From: Eledone cirrhosa
Lineage: Eukaryota
Length of the DNA stretch: 64,000 nt
NCBI GenBank assembly: GCA_964016885.1
Contig: OZ024763.1
Coordinates: forward strand, 24,242,001-24,306,000
Direction: 5' to 3'
The translations under genes were made by a program, and so were the position numbers. Within the stretch, counting starts at the first letter, position 1, and each line of letters begins with the position of its first letter. Below, piece by piece: positions 36,851 to 49,501 of the stretch. Under the pieces are notes generated by a model that saw only the letters and a list, made by a program, of their open reading frames with translations, was not told the DNA's origin and ran no database searches.

Positions 36851-37614
36851 TGGTTTCTTATATAGGCACAAGGCCAGCAATTTTGCGATCAAATTGACCC
36901 CAGTGCACGACTGGTACTTTATTTTATCGAACCTGTAAGGATGAAAGGGAAAGTTAACCTCCGCGGGATTTGAACTCAGATCATAAAGGGCCGTAACTCT
37001 ATGCTGAAAAGCATGGTGTCCGACCCTCTACCGATACTGCCAATTCACCGCCCTTGTAATATAATAATAATTGTTTCTACTTTAGGCACAAGGCCAGCAA
37101 TTATCCAGTACATTACTGGTACTTTATTTTATCGACCCCGTAAGGATGAAAGGCAAAGTCAACCTCAGCGGGATTTGAACTCAGACCGTAAAGGGACGTA
37201 ACTATGCTGGAAAGCATGGCGTCCAACCCTCTACCGATACTGCCAAATATATAATTGTTTCTACTTTAGGCACAAGGCCAGCAATTACCCAGTACATTAC
37301 TGGTACTTTATTTTATCGACCCCGTAAGGATGAAAGGCAAAGTCAACCTCGGCGGGATTTGAACTCAGACCGTAAAGGGACGTAACTATGCTGGAAAGCA
37401 TGGCGTCCGACCCTCTACCGATACTGCCAAATATATAATTGTTTCTACTTTAGGCACAAGGCCAGCAATTACCCAGTACATTACTGGTACTTTATTTTAT
37501 CGACCCCGTAAGGATGAAAGGCAAAGTCAACCTCAGCGGGATTTGAACTCAGACCGTAAAGGGACGTAACTATGCTGGAAAGCATGGCGTCCGACCCTCT
37601 ACCGATACTGCCAA
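36851..37614 (-). repeat. Four tandem copies (~183-bp period) of tRNA-derived SINE family B
   Basis: On the minus strand: A box TGGCAGTATCGG and B box GAGTTCAAATCC; units start near 36851, 37069, 37253 and 37436. Confidence 0.88.
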
Positions 37615-38179
37615 TATCGTCTTTTTTTATATATATCATGGATTACTTTACTGATTACAGAAGAGAGTGTAACACAGTCTCTCTTCAATTTCTGTGTATA
37701 TTGTCAATTACGATTGTATTTGACGTATCATCTCTACATGTATATATACTTGCGTATGATATCAATGTACACACTACACATGTTAGCAGAAAACTACCTG
37801 AAGGGTGGTTTTCCTGCTAGTAAATGTAATAAATAGTCCTATTAAGGAAATCAGTCAACAAAGAAGCGTTCCTTAATATGTGTGTATGTGGGTGGAGGTG
37901 GGGGTCACACTGTAGGGTAATTCCAGCCCCCCCCCCCCCCCCAAAAAAATATTGTAGCATCATAGTCATGGAATGTGAACTTTATCGGTTTCTTCTTGTC
38001 TGTCTGTCTGTCTGTCTAAATATCTGTCTGTCTGTCTGTGTGTCTGTCTTAGTAAAAACAGTCAATCTTGTTTGAATGATTAATCTGGTATTTGATAGGA
38101 CGATAATAGTGATGACAACGACGGTAGCGATGATGATGATGATAGCGATGACAACTATGCTGATGACGATGGTGATAAT

Positions 38180-38530
38180 CAAGAAGAAGAAGAAGATGAA
38201 GAAAAAGAAGACGAGAGAAGAAAAAGAAGATGAAGAAAAAGACGAGAGAAGCATAGAAGAAGATGAAGAAAAAGAAGAAAAAGAAGAAAAAGAAAAAGAA
38301 AAAGAAAAATAAAAAGAAAAATAAAAAGAAAAATAAAAATAAAAAGAAAAAGAAGAAAAAGAAAAAGAAGAGGAAGAAGAAGAAGAAGAAGAAAAAGAAG
38401 AAGACGGCAAAGAAGAAGAAGAAGAAGAAGAAGAAGAAAAAGAAGAAGAAGAAGAAGAAGAAGAAGAAAAGGAAGAAGAAGAAGAAGACGGCAAAGAAGA
38501 AGAAGAAGAAGAAGAAGAAGAAGAAAAGGT
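38180..38530. repeat. (GAA)n/(GAAAAA)n purine tract
   Basis: Direct reading. Confidence 0.9.
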
Positions 38531-38719
38531 AGAAGTTAAATAAGATCCCTAAGATCATGGTTCGTCACTCGAAATAAAAGAATCCTTAAAATATTTTTCA
38601 GCTAAAATTTCAGGACGTCTCCCATTCCATACAATTTTTACCTTTATTTTTTGTTCCCTGCGTATTTCTGTCATAAAATTTAAAACTCGTAATCAGATCC
38701 CTGTCATATTATTATTGTT

Positions 38720-38907
38720 AGGGCGGTGGATTGGCAGTATCGGTAGAGGGTCGGACACCATGCTTTGAAGCATAGAGTTACGTCCCTTTATGATCTGAGT
38801 TCAAATCCCGCCGAGGTTAACTTTGCCTTTCATCCTTACGGGGTCGATAAAATAAAGTACCCGTAATGTACTGGGAAATTGCTGGCCTTGTGTCTAAAGT
38901 AGAAACA

Positions 38908-38945
<38 letters not shown>
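38720..38945 (+). mobile_element. SINE family B, full length with (ATT)n tail
   Basis: ggcggtggattggcagtatcgg...gagttcaaatcc...agtagaaacaattattatt. Confidence 0.85.
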
Positions 38946-38947
<2 letters not shown>

Positions 38948-39028
38948 CTCATCAACTTCTTCAATTTCACCTGGAAACCCAGTAAATTTACTAAAAGGTG
39001 GATGAATGTGGCGAGAATGGCCTGTGTG

Positions 39029-39228
39029 NNNNNNNNNNNNNNNNNNNNNNNNNNNNNNNNNNNNNNNNNNNNNNNNNNNNNNNNNNNNNNNNNNNNNNNN
39101 NNNNNNNNNNNNNNNNNNNNNNNNNNNNNNNNNNNNNNNNNNNNNNNNNNNNNNNNNNNNNNNNNNNNNNNNNNNNNNNNNNNNNNNNNNNNNNNNNNNN
39201 NNNNNNNNNNNNNNNNNNNNNNNNNNNN
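39029..39228. other. Assembly gap (200 N)
   Basis: Run of N. Confidence 1.
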
Positions 39229-39236
39229 TGCTTATC

Positions 39237-39284
<48 letters not shown>

Positions 39285-39336
39285 GGAAAATTTGAACAGG
39301 AACAAAACAGAGAGGCAGTACAACGAATGTTTATTA

Positions 39337-39407
39337 ATTTCACGCTCCTGAGAGTGGGGTGGTGGTGGGGAACGACGTTTCGGGCATAAGCCCTTCCTCA
39401 GGTGAAA
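39337..39407 (-). ncRNA. Hammerhead motif with atypical helix I
   Basis: Reverse complement reads TTTCAC-CTGAGGA-aGGGCttatGCCC-GAAACGTC-[GTTCC..GGAGC hairpin]-GTGAAA. Confidence 0.55.
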
Positions 39408-39513
39408 AGTGTGTGGGAAGAGAGTTCAAAGGGTGTGTAGGGGAGTGGTGGAGAGACATATAGCGAAAAGGGGATGGGAGGAAACGGTGCGAATGAAATT
39501 AAAAATAAAAGCA

Positions 39514-39573
<60 letters not shown>

Positions 39574-39616
39574 CCCCAGCATGGCCTCAGCCGGATGGCT
39601 GGAACGGGTAAAAGAG

Positions 39617-39661
<45 letters not shown>

Positions 39662-39791
39662 TAATACCCCCAGGAAAACAAACTAGTGCCAAGTACCTAT
39701 GTGATAAACATATATACATATATGTATACATACTTACATTGATATAAGTAATATATCATATACACATACACACACGTATATATATAAATAT

Positions 39792-39830
<39 letters not shown>

Positions 39831-39857
39831 CACACACACACACATATATATATATAT

Positions 39858-39906
<49 letters not shown>

Positions 39907-40001
39907 TATATATATATATATACACACACATATATATATATACACACACATATATATATATACACACACACACACATATATATATATATACACACACACA
40001 C

Positions 40002-40032
<31 letters not shown>

Positions 40033-40177
40033 TATATATATACACACACACACATATATATATATACACACACACACATATATATACACACACACACATA
40101 TATATATATACACACACATATATATATATATACACACACAAACATATATATATACACACACACACACATATATATAT

Positions 40178-40210
<33 letters not shown>

Positions 40211-40227
40211 CACACATATATATATAT

Positions 40228-40366
<139 letters not shown>

Positions 40367-40511
40367 TATATATAATGCCCCCCACCAAAAGAAACTATTT
40401 CCAAGTATAAACAAACATATATACAAATATGTATACATACATGCGTTGACATATGTAATATATTACACACACACACACACACTCTCACACACACACACAT
40501 TTATATATATC

Positions 40512-40585
40512 TTGGGTTGTCAAGTATGAAATTTGGTGAAATTTGGTGTTTTTTTTTACTATAAATTTCATACTTGACAAACCAA
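40512..40585. mobile_element. Mariner-type MITE
   Basis: ttgggttgtcaagtatgaaattt / aaatttcatacttgacaaaccaa. Confidence 0.7.
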
Positions 40586-40644
40586 TAATAAATATACCTG
40601 TTCCATCCATCCGGCTGAGGGTATGCTAGGGCACCGCCCTTGGA

Positions 40645-40767
<123 letters not shown>

Positions 40768-40808
40768 AAAGTGTATATCTTTCGTTTATTACTAATATTA
40801 CTATATAT

Positions 40809-40964
<156 letters not shown>

Positions 40965-41070
40965 CCAAATGTAAATAAGGTTCCTTGATTACTCAATGAA
41001 TATAGTTTTACAATAGATTAAAAGCACTCAACAGTTAAAAAAAAAAAAAGTTTTCCGGAGTTATTAATAG

Positions 41071-41147
41071 TATTCAAAATATTAATAAATGAAGACGTTC
41101 ACATAATAATTTATGTAAACATCTTCATTTATTAATATTTTGAATAA
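41071..41147. repeat. AT-rich hairpin with ~36-bp arms
   Basis: tattcaaaatattaataaatgaaga / tcttcatttattaatattttgaata. Confidence 0.75.
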
Positions 41148-41528
41148 TATATGTATACATACATAGATATATTTCTTTATTAGCCACAAGGGCGCACAGA
41201 AAAAGGGGACAATACAAAGACATGCCGGGGATTTTACATACAGTCGTGTAAAATATATAAAAACAATAGATAGATAGATAGATAGATGATATAAAGTGTA
41301 TATCTTTCGGTTATTACTAATATTATTATTTTATATATAAATATATATATATATATAAATATATATATATAAATGTATATATATATAAATATATATATAT
41401 AAAAGAAAATTTCGCTCTACATGCAGTTCTGTTGACATGCCAACACAAGAACAAGATTGAAGGGTTCATTCTACTGACATGGCTATAAAATTGAGGCTCG
41501 TTTGCATAATTGCAAACAAATCGAATGT

Positions 41529-41603
41529 GATAGCTCAGTTATTAGAGCTGTATTAGTATTATTTACCAGTTATCCTTAGGTCGATGGTTCGAATCGGTCT
41601 CGG
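41529..41603 (+). pseudogene. tRNA-Tyr(GTA) pseudogene retaining an intron-like insert
   Basis: GATAGCTCAGTT..TAGAG-CTGTA-[~19 nt]-ATCCTTAGGTCGaTGGTTCGAATC matches the eukaryotic tRNA-Tyr pattern; 5' anticodon stem deleted. Confidence 0.65.
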
Positions 41604-41704
41604 TAAATATAAATCTATGCTTCCGTAAATGTATTTAGGATATTCAAAGTTGTAAGATATTTCTTATCTGATATATATTTTAAAGTAGAAACAATTATTA
41701 AAAA

Positions 41705-41777
<73 letters not shown>

Positions 41778-41911
41778 ATATTGTTACTTATCCTATATCT
41801 TTCGTTAAAAATGTTTCATCTTGATGTTTATAGTCACTTATATGTCTAATTATTGTAGGCTTTTTTCCTTACATTAATTTCTCTACTTTCATTTATATAT
41901 ATATATATATG

Positions 41912-42108
41912 TAGGAACGAGTAGGACCCCGACGGCTGAACTCAAGCCGTTTCGACGGCTAATTCTGGACTCAATTAGTCCAGAATTAGCCGTCGAAACG
42001 GCTTGAGCTCAGCCGTCGGGGTCCTACTCGTTCCTATTACCCACTCTACTACCCTAAGTATTGAGTACTCTGGTGCATTATGGTCCATCTGGTTCCTTAC
42101 CACATTTC
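41912..42108. mobile_element. Family E element with fold-back (arms about 41912-41970 and 41978-42036)
   Basis: ...aattctggac-tcaatta-gtccagaatt... Confidence 0.8.
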
Positions 42109-42419
42109 TACAGGACTAGCTCTGGTTATCCCCGATTGAAGCCGGTAACATATACACACACACATATATACATATATATATAATATATATATATATATAG
42201 GCCCATTAAAACAAACTAGCTCCACGTACCTGTGTGATAAACAGACAGACAAAGAGAGAAGATACGCTGCTAACAGTATCCATTCCGGTAAGTTATAGAA
42301 TTATCCACATGTAGTAGAGAGAGAGAGCGAGAGAGTTACTATGGCGGCTGCAGTGACGGCGACGGTAGAGTCGGCGGCGGCGGCGGCGGCGCGGTGGACG
42401 AGGCAGTGATGCTGCTGCT

Positions 42420-44280
42420 ATTGTCGTTGTTGTTGTTGTTGTTGTTATTGTTGTTGTTGTTACTGCTGCTATTGTTGTTGTAATTACTGTTGTTACTGCT
42501 GCTACTCCTGTTGTTATTACTGCTGTTATTTTTGTTGTTGTTGTTGTTATTATTACTGCTGTTATTCCTGTTGTGTTGTTGTTACTGTTGTTACTGTTGT
42601 TGTTACTGTTGTTGTTGTTGTTATTGTTACTGCTGTTGTTGTTGTTGTTACTGCTGTTATTCCTGTTGTTGTTGTTGTTATTGTTACTGCTGTTATTTTT
42701 GTTGTTGTTGTTATTATTACTGCTGTTATTCCTGTTGTTGTTGTTGTTACTGCTGTTATTCCTGTTGTTGTTGTTGTTACTGCTGTTATTCCTGTTGTTG
42801 TTGTTGTTGTTACTGCTGTTATTCCTGTTGTTGTTGTTGTTACTGCTGTTATTCCTGTTGTTGTTACTGTTGTTGTTACTGCTGTTATTCCTGTTGTTAT
42901 TCCTGTTGTTGTTGTATTCTCTGTTATGTGGTCGCGCAGTCCAAGTCTGTATGTATTCCACGGCGAGTTTTTAGCGTTCTACAAGTAGTCAGAGAGGGTG
43001 GGAAGAGGAGGTGGGTGGAGGAGAATGGAGAGGGGGAAGAGGGGGGAGGAAAGAGGTGAAGTTGCTTATCTTGGTGTTGTTAATGGTGGTGGTTTTGGTG
43101 TGGTGGTGGTGTGCCGGTGGTGGTGGTGTTGGTGGTGGTGTTGGTGGTGGTGTTGTGGTATTGGTGTGGTGTTGTTGGTGGTGGTGTGGTGGTGGTGGTG
43201 TGGTGGTGGTGTGCCGGTGGTGGTGGTGTGGTGGTGATGTTGTTGGTGGTGGTGTAGTGGTGGTGCGGTTTGGTGTAGTGTTGTTGGTGGTGTTGGTTGT
43301 GGTGTTGGTGGTGTTGTTGGTGTTGGTAGTGGTGTAGTGGTGGTGGTGTGCCGTTGGTGGTGGTGTGGTGGTGGTGTGGTGGTGTGGTGGTGCGGTGGTG
43401 GTGGTGTGGTATTGTGTTAGTGTTGTGTTGGTGTGGTGGTGGTGGTGTTGTTGTTATTGGTGATGGTGTTGTTGCAGTTGTTGGTGTGGTGGTGGTTTGG
43501 TGATGGTGGTGTTGTTGGTGGTGACGTGGCGTTGGTGGTGGTGTGGTGGTGTTGGTGTGGTGGTGGCGTGGCGTTGGTGGTGGTGTTGGTGTGGTGGTGG
43601 CGTGGCGTTCGTGGTGGTGATGGTGTGGTGGTGGTGCTGCTGCTGCTGCTGTTGGTGTGGTGGTGGTGTGGTGGTGATGTTGGTGTAGTGGTGGTGGTGG
43701 TGGTGGTGGTGATGTTGGCGTGTTGGTGGTGGTGGTGCTGTTGGTGGTGTTGGTGGTGGTGGTGGTGTTGGTGTGGTGGTGTTGGTGTGGTGGTGGTGTT
43801 GGTGTGGTGGTGGTGGTGGTGGTGCTGTTGGTGTGGTGTTGGTGTGGTGTTGGTGTGGTGGTGGTGGTGGTGTTGGTGTGGTGGTGTTGGTGTGGTGGTG
43901 TTGGTGGTGGTGGTGTTGGTGGTGGTGGTGTTGGTGGTGGTGTTGGTGTGGTGGTGGTGGTGGTGGTGGTGCTGTTGGTGTGGTGTTGGTGTGGTGGTGG
44001 TAGTGGTGGTGCTGTTGGTGTGGTGTTGATGTGGTGGTGGTGGTGGTGGTGGTGGTGTTGGTGCGGTGGTGGTGTGGTGGTGGTGGTGGTGCTGTTGGTG
44101 TGGTGTTGGTGTGGTGGTGGTGGTGGTGGTGGTGGTGGTGCTGTTGATGTGGTGTTGGTGTGGTGGTGGTGGTGGTGGTGCTGTTGGTGTGGTGTTGGTG
44201 TGGTGGTGGTTGGGGTGGTGCTGTTGGTGTGGTGTTGGTGTGTTGGTGGTGGTAGTGGTGGTGTTGGTGCGGTGGTGGTG
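42420..44280. repeat. (GTT)n and (GGT/GTT)n low-complexity arrays
   Basis: Direct reading. Confidence 0.9.
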
Positions 44281-44404
44281 TCTGTAAGTTATATCAATAC
44301 CTACTACGGTATGTTTCAATGTTACAGTATCTTTTGGTCAGCTACAAGAACCAATGTGATGCACTTGGTGCTAACTTCTAATTCACCTCTTCCTTCTTCT
44401 TAGC

Positions 44405-46072
44405 AGCATAGAGTTACGACCCTTTACGATCTCAGTTCAAATCCCGCCTAGGCTAAAAAGCCTTTCCCCCCCACAGGGTCGATAAAATAAAGTACCAGTA
44501 ATACACTTTGACTTTCATGATTACAGGGTCGATAAAATAAAGTACCAGTAATACACTTTGACTTTCATCCTTACAGGGTCGATAAAATAAAGTACCAGTA
44601 ATACACTTTGACTTTCATCCTTACAGGGTCGATAAAATAAAGTACCAGTAATACACTTTGACTTTCATCCTTACAGGGTCGATAAAATAAAGTACCAGTA
44701 ATACACTTTGACTTTCATCCTTACAGGGTCGATAAAATAAAGTACCAGTAATACACTTTGACTTTCATCCTTACAGGGTCGATAAAATAAAGTACCAGTA
44801 ATACACTTTGACTTTCATCCTTACAGGGTCGATAAAATAAAGTACCAGTAATACACTTTGACTTTCATCCTTACAGGGTCGATAAAATAAAGTACCAGTA
44901 ATACACTTTGACTTTCATCCTTACAGTTTCGATAAAATAAAGTACCAGTAATACACTTTGACTTTCATCCTTACAGGGTCGATAAAATAAAGTACCAGTA
45001 ATACACTTTGACTTTCATCCTTACAGGCTCGATAAAATAAAGTACCAGTAATACACTTTGACTTTCATGATTACAGGGTCGATAAAATAAAGTACCAGTA
45101 ATACACTTTGACTTTCATCCTTACAGGCTCGATAAAATAAAGTACCAGTAATACACTTTGAATTTCATCCTTACAGGGTCGATAAAATAAAGTACCAGTA
45201 ATACACTTTGACTTTCATGATTACAGGGTCTATAAAATAAAGTACCAGTAATACACTTTGACTTTCATCCTTACAGGCTCGATAAAATAAAGTACCAGTA
45301 ATACACTTTGACTTTCATCCTTACAGGCTCGATAAAATAAAGTACCAGTAATACACTTTGACTTTCATCCTTACAGGGTCGATAAAATAAAGTACCAGTA
45401 ATACACTTTGACTTTCATCCTTACAGGCTCGATAAAATAAAGTACCAGTAATACACTTTGCCTTTCATCCTTACAGGGTCGATAAAATAAAGTACCAGTA
45501 ATACACTTTGACTTTCATGATTACAGGGTCTATAAAATAAAGTACCAGTAATACACTTTGACTTTCATGATTACAGGGTCGATCAAATAAAGTACCAGTA
45601 ATACACTTTGACTTTCATCCTTACAGGGTCGATAAAATAAAGTACCAGTAATACACTGACTTTCATCCTTACAGGGTCGATAAAATAAAGTACCAGTAAT
45701 ACACTTTGCCTTTCATCCTTACAGGGTCGATAAAATAAAGTACCAGTAATACACTTTGACTTTCATCCTTACAGGGTCGATAAAATAAAGTACCAGTAAT
45801 ACACTTTGACTTTCATCCTTACAGGGTCGATAAAATAAAGTACCAGTAATACACTTTGCCTTTCATCCTTACAGGGTCGATAAAATAAAGTACCAGTAAT
45901 ACACTTTGACTTTCATCCTTACAGTCTCGATAAAATAAAGTACCAGTAATACACTTTGCCTTTCATCCTTACAGGGTCGATAAAATAAAGTACCAGTAAT
46001 GCACTGGGTCAATTTAATCGGCTTTCCCCTTCCCCCAAAATTGCTGGCCTTGTGCCTATATAAGAAACCATT
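44405..46072 (+). repeat. SINE family B whose central 50 bp is amplified to ~30 tandem copies
   Basis: Unit ttacagggtcgataaaataaagtaccagtaatacactttgactttcatcc over about 44473-46000; SINE head upstream and tail downstream. Confidence 0.92.
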
Positions 46073-46129
46073 ATATACTTTCTTATTCCATTATATTCTT
46101 TCTTATTTACATTTGTTTTAGAAGTATTT

Positions 46130-47360
46130 GTTGTTGTTGTTGTAGTTGATAGTTGTTGTTGATGATGTTGATGTTAGTGGTGTTGGTGTCTTTTTTTTTT
46201 TTTTTCACTGTTGCTCTTGTTGTTGATGATGATGTTGTTGTTGGTGTCGGTGGCGGAGGTATATTGTTGATCTTTATGGAGGTGGAGGTGGTGGCGGTTT
46301 AGCTGTTTGTAGCGGTGGTGTTGGTGTTGTTGGCGGTGTTGATGCTGTTTATGTTGTTGTTGTTGGTGTTGGTGGTGTTGTTGGTGTTGTTGTTGGTGTT
46401 GGTGGTGTTGTTGGTGGTGTTGTTGGTGTTGGTGGTGTTGGTGTTGTTGGTGTTGTTGTTGTTGTTGTTGTAGGTGTTGTTGTTGTTGTTGGTGTTGTTT
46501 AGGTGGTGTTGGTGTTGTTGGCGATGTTGATGCTGTTTATGTTGTTGTTGGTGGTGGTGGTGTTGGTGTTGATGTTGGCGGTGTTGTTGTTGGTGTTGTT
46601 GGTGTTGTTGGTGTTGTTGGTGTTGTTGGTGTTGTTGGTGGTGGTGTTGGTGGTGTTGTTGTTGGTGTTGGTGGTGTTGTTGGTGTTGTTGGTGGTGGTG
46701 TTGGTGGTGGTGTTGGTGGTGTTGTTGGTGGTGTTGGTGGTGTTGTTGTTGTTGGTGGTGTTGTTGGTGGTGGTGTTGGTGGTGTTGGTGGTGGTGTTGG
46801 TGGTGTTGTTGTTGGTGTTGGTGGTGTTGTTGTTGTTGTTGGTGTTGTTGGTGGTGGTGTTGGTGGTGTTGGTGGTGTTGGTGGTGTTGTTGTTGGTGGT
46901 GTTGTTGGTGTTGTTGTTGTTGTTGGTGTTGGTGGTGGTGGTGTTGGTGGTGTTGGTGGTGGTGGTGGTGGTGTTGGTGGTGGTGGTGTTGTTGTTGTTG
47001 TCGGTGGTGGTGTTGGTGTTGGTGTTGTTGGTGGTGGTGGTGTTGGTGGTGGTGTTGGTGGTGTTGGTGTTGTTGGTGTTGGTGGTGTTGTTGTTGTTGG
47101 TGTTGGTGGTGTTGTTGGTGTTGTTGTTGTTGGTGTTGGTGGTGTTGTTGGTGTTGGTGTTGTTGTTGGTGGTGGTGGTGGTGTTGTTGTTGGTGTTGGT
47201 GGTGTTGTTGGTGTTGTTGTTGTTGTTGGTGTTGTTTAGGTGGTGTTGGTGTTGTTGGTGGTGATGCTGTTTTATTTTGTTTAATGTTGGTGATGATGCT
47301 GTTGTTGGTGTTATTGTTGGTGTTGTTAATGCTGTTGATGTTGTTATTGTTGTTAGCTGT
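46130..47360. repeat. (GTT/GGT)n array
   Basis: Direct reading. Confidence 0.9.
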
Positions 47361-47554
47361 GTTGTGTTGTCATGAGGGGATCTGCTATAAACATTTTTTT
47401 TTATTCTGTCTGTCTCTCACTACCTGTGTGTGTATATATCTATATCTATATGTGTGTGTATATCTCTCTCTATATATATATGTGCGTGTGTGTGTGTATG
47501 TGTGTATATTTATGACTGTATACACACACACCCACACATATATATATACATATA

Positions 47555-47622
47555 TTGGGTTGTCAAGTATGAAATATGTAGAAATAAAAGAATTTTCTAC
47601 AAATTTCATACTTGACGACCCA

Positions 47623-47623
<1 letters not shown>
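47555..47623. mobile_element. Mariner-type MITE
   Basis: TA-flanked TIRs as at 28609 and 40512. Confidence 0.72.
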
Positions 47624-47683
<60 letters not shown>

Positions 47684-47869
47684 AATATCTATATGTGTGT
47701 ATAAATCACTCAGTGTGTGAGTGTATATATATGTGTATATAAATGTGCATATATATCAATATCAGTATGTGTGTGGGTTTGATTGTATATGTGTATATGT
47801 GTGTGTGTGTGTGTATATATGTATATATCTTTCTCTCTTTCTCTCTCTACAATATATATGTATGTGTGT

Positions 47870-48600
47870 GTGTATGTCTGTCAGCCTAATATGCATGTGT
47901 TTGTGTGTGTGTATGTCTGTCAGCCTAATATGTATGTGTGTGTATGTGTCAGCCTAATATGTATGTGTGTGTGTGTGTGTGTGTGGATGTCAACCTAATA
48001 TGTGTGTGTGTGTGTCTGTCAACCTAATATGTATGTTTGTGTGTATGTGTGTGTATGTCTGTCAACCTAATATGTATGTGTTTGTGTGTGTGTATGTCTG
48101 TCAGCCTAATATGTATGTGTGTGTGTTTGTCTGTCAGCCTAATATGTATGTGTATGTGTATGTCTGCCAACCTAATATGTATGTGTGTGTGTATGTCTGT
48201 CAGCCTAATATGTATGTGTGTGTGTATGTAGGCCTAATATGTATGTGTGTATGTATGTAGGCCTAATATGTATGTCAGCCTAATATGTATGTGTGTGTAT
48301 GTCTGTAAGCCTAATATGTATGTGTGTGTATGTAGGCCTAATATGTACGTGTGTATGTATGTAGGCCTAATATGTATGTGTGTATGTATGTGTGTATGTA
48401 GGCCTAATATGTATGTGTGTGTATGTCAGCCTAATATGTATGTGTGTGTATGTATGTCAGCCTAATATGTATGTGTGTATGTAGGCCTAATATGTATGTG
48501 TGTATGTATGTCAGCCTAATATGTATGTGTGTATGTATGTCAGCCTAATATGTATGTGTGTGTATGTATGTCAGCCTAATATGTATGTGTGTATGTATGT
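47870..48600. repeat. Minisatellite with core gcctaatatgtatgtgtg
   Basis: More than 20 copies. Confidence 0.88.
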
Positions 48601-48690
48601 GTAGAAGAATCTCAATTGAATAATATGTCTCATTCGGCATTTGTATATAATATATATGTGGCAAATTAAGAAATCTCTCTTTCTCTCTCT

Positions 48691-48750
<60 letters not shown>

Positions 48751-48789
48751 TATATATATCCAGTGTTCCACCACTATATATATACATAA

Positions 48790-48975
48790 GGGCGGTGAAT
48801 TGGCAGTATCGGTAGAGGGTTGGACGCCATGCTTTCTAGCATAGTTACGTCCCTTTACAGTCTGAGTTCAAATCCCGCCGAGGTTAACTTTGCCTTTCAT
48901 CCTTACGGGGTCGATAAAATAAAGTACCAGTAATGTACTGGTGAATTGCTGGCCTTGTGCCAAATGTAGAAACAA
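48790..48975 (+). mobile_element. SINE family B
   Basis: A and B boxes and body as at 38720. Confidence 0.85.
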
Positions 48976-48984
48976 TATATATAT

Positions 48985-49131
48985 ATAACGGATGAGGTGT
49001 GGTAAGGAACCAGATGGACCATGACGCACCAGAGTACTCAATACTTAGGGTAGTAGAGTGGGTAATAGGAAAAAGTTTAACCCCGACGGCAGAGTTCAAG
49101 CCGTTTCTGCCGTCGGGGTTAAACTTTTTCC
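48985..49131 (-). mobile_element. Family E element with short fold-back
   Basis: ggaaaaagtttaaccccgacggcaga ... tctgccgtcggggttaaactttttcc. Confidence 0.75.
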
Positions 49132-49132
49132 T

Positions 49133-49293
49133 GGCATACGTTAAGACGGGCGTTCGGGAAAGTGAAAGTAAATTTTTTGACAATGTGAATTGCGTGTGTA
49201 TCGTATCTTTCATTGTAAAAAAAAAACAAAAAACAAATTCACATTGTCAAAAAATTTACTTTCACTTTCCCGAACGCCACCTTAACGTATGCC
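49133..49293. mobile_element. MITE-like inverted repeat with ~58-bp arms
   Basis: ggcatacgttaag...acaatgtgaatt / aattcacattgt...cttaacgtatgcc. Confidence 0.6.
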
Positions 49294-49501
49294 TATATAT
49301 ATATTCATTCAAATCTTTGATTTATTCATCGAACCTTGTTTAACCTTTATATATATATATATATTTGTTTCTACTCTTGGCACAAGGCCAGCAAATTAAC
49401 CAGTACATTACTGGTACTTTATTTTATCGACCCCATAAGGATGAAAGGCAAAGTTAACCTCGGTGGGATTTGAACTCAGACCGTATATATATATATATAT
49501 T

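Noticed and set aside
38942-39389. ORFs spanning X runs
   Set aside because: Artefacts of the N gap
44473-46000. CRISPR-like periodic array
   Set aside because: No unique spacers; head-to-tail 50-bp SINE-derived tandem
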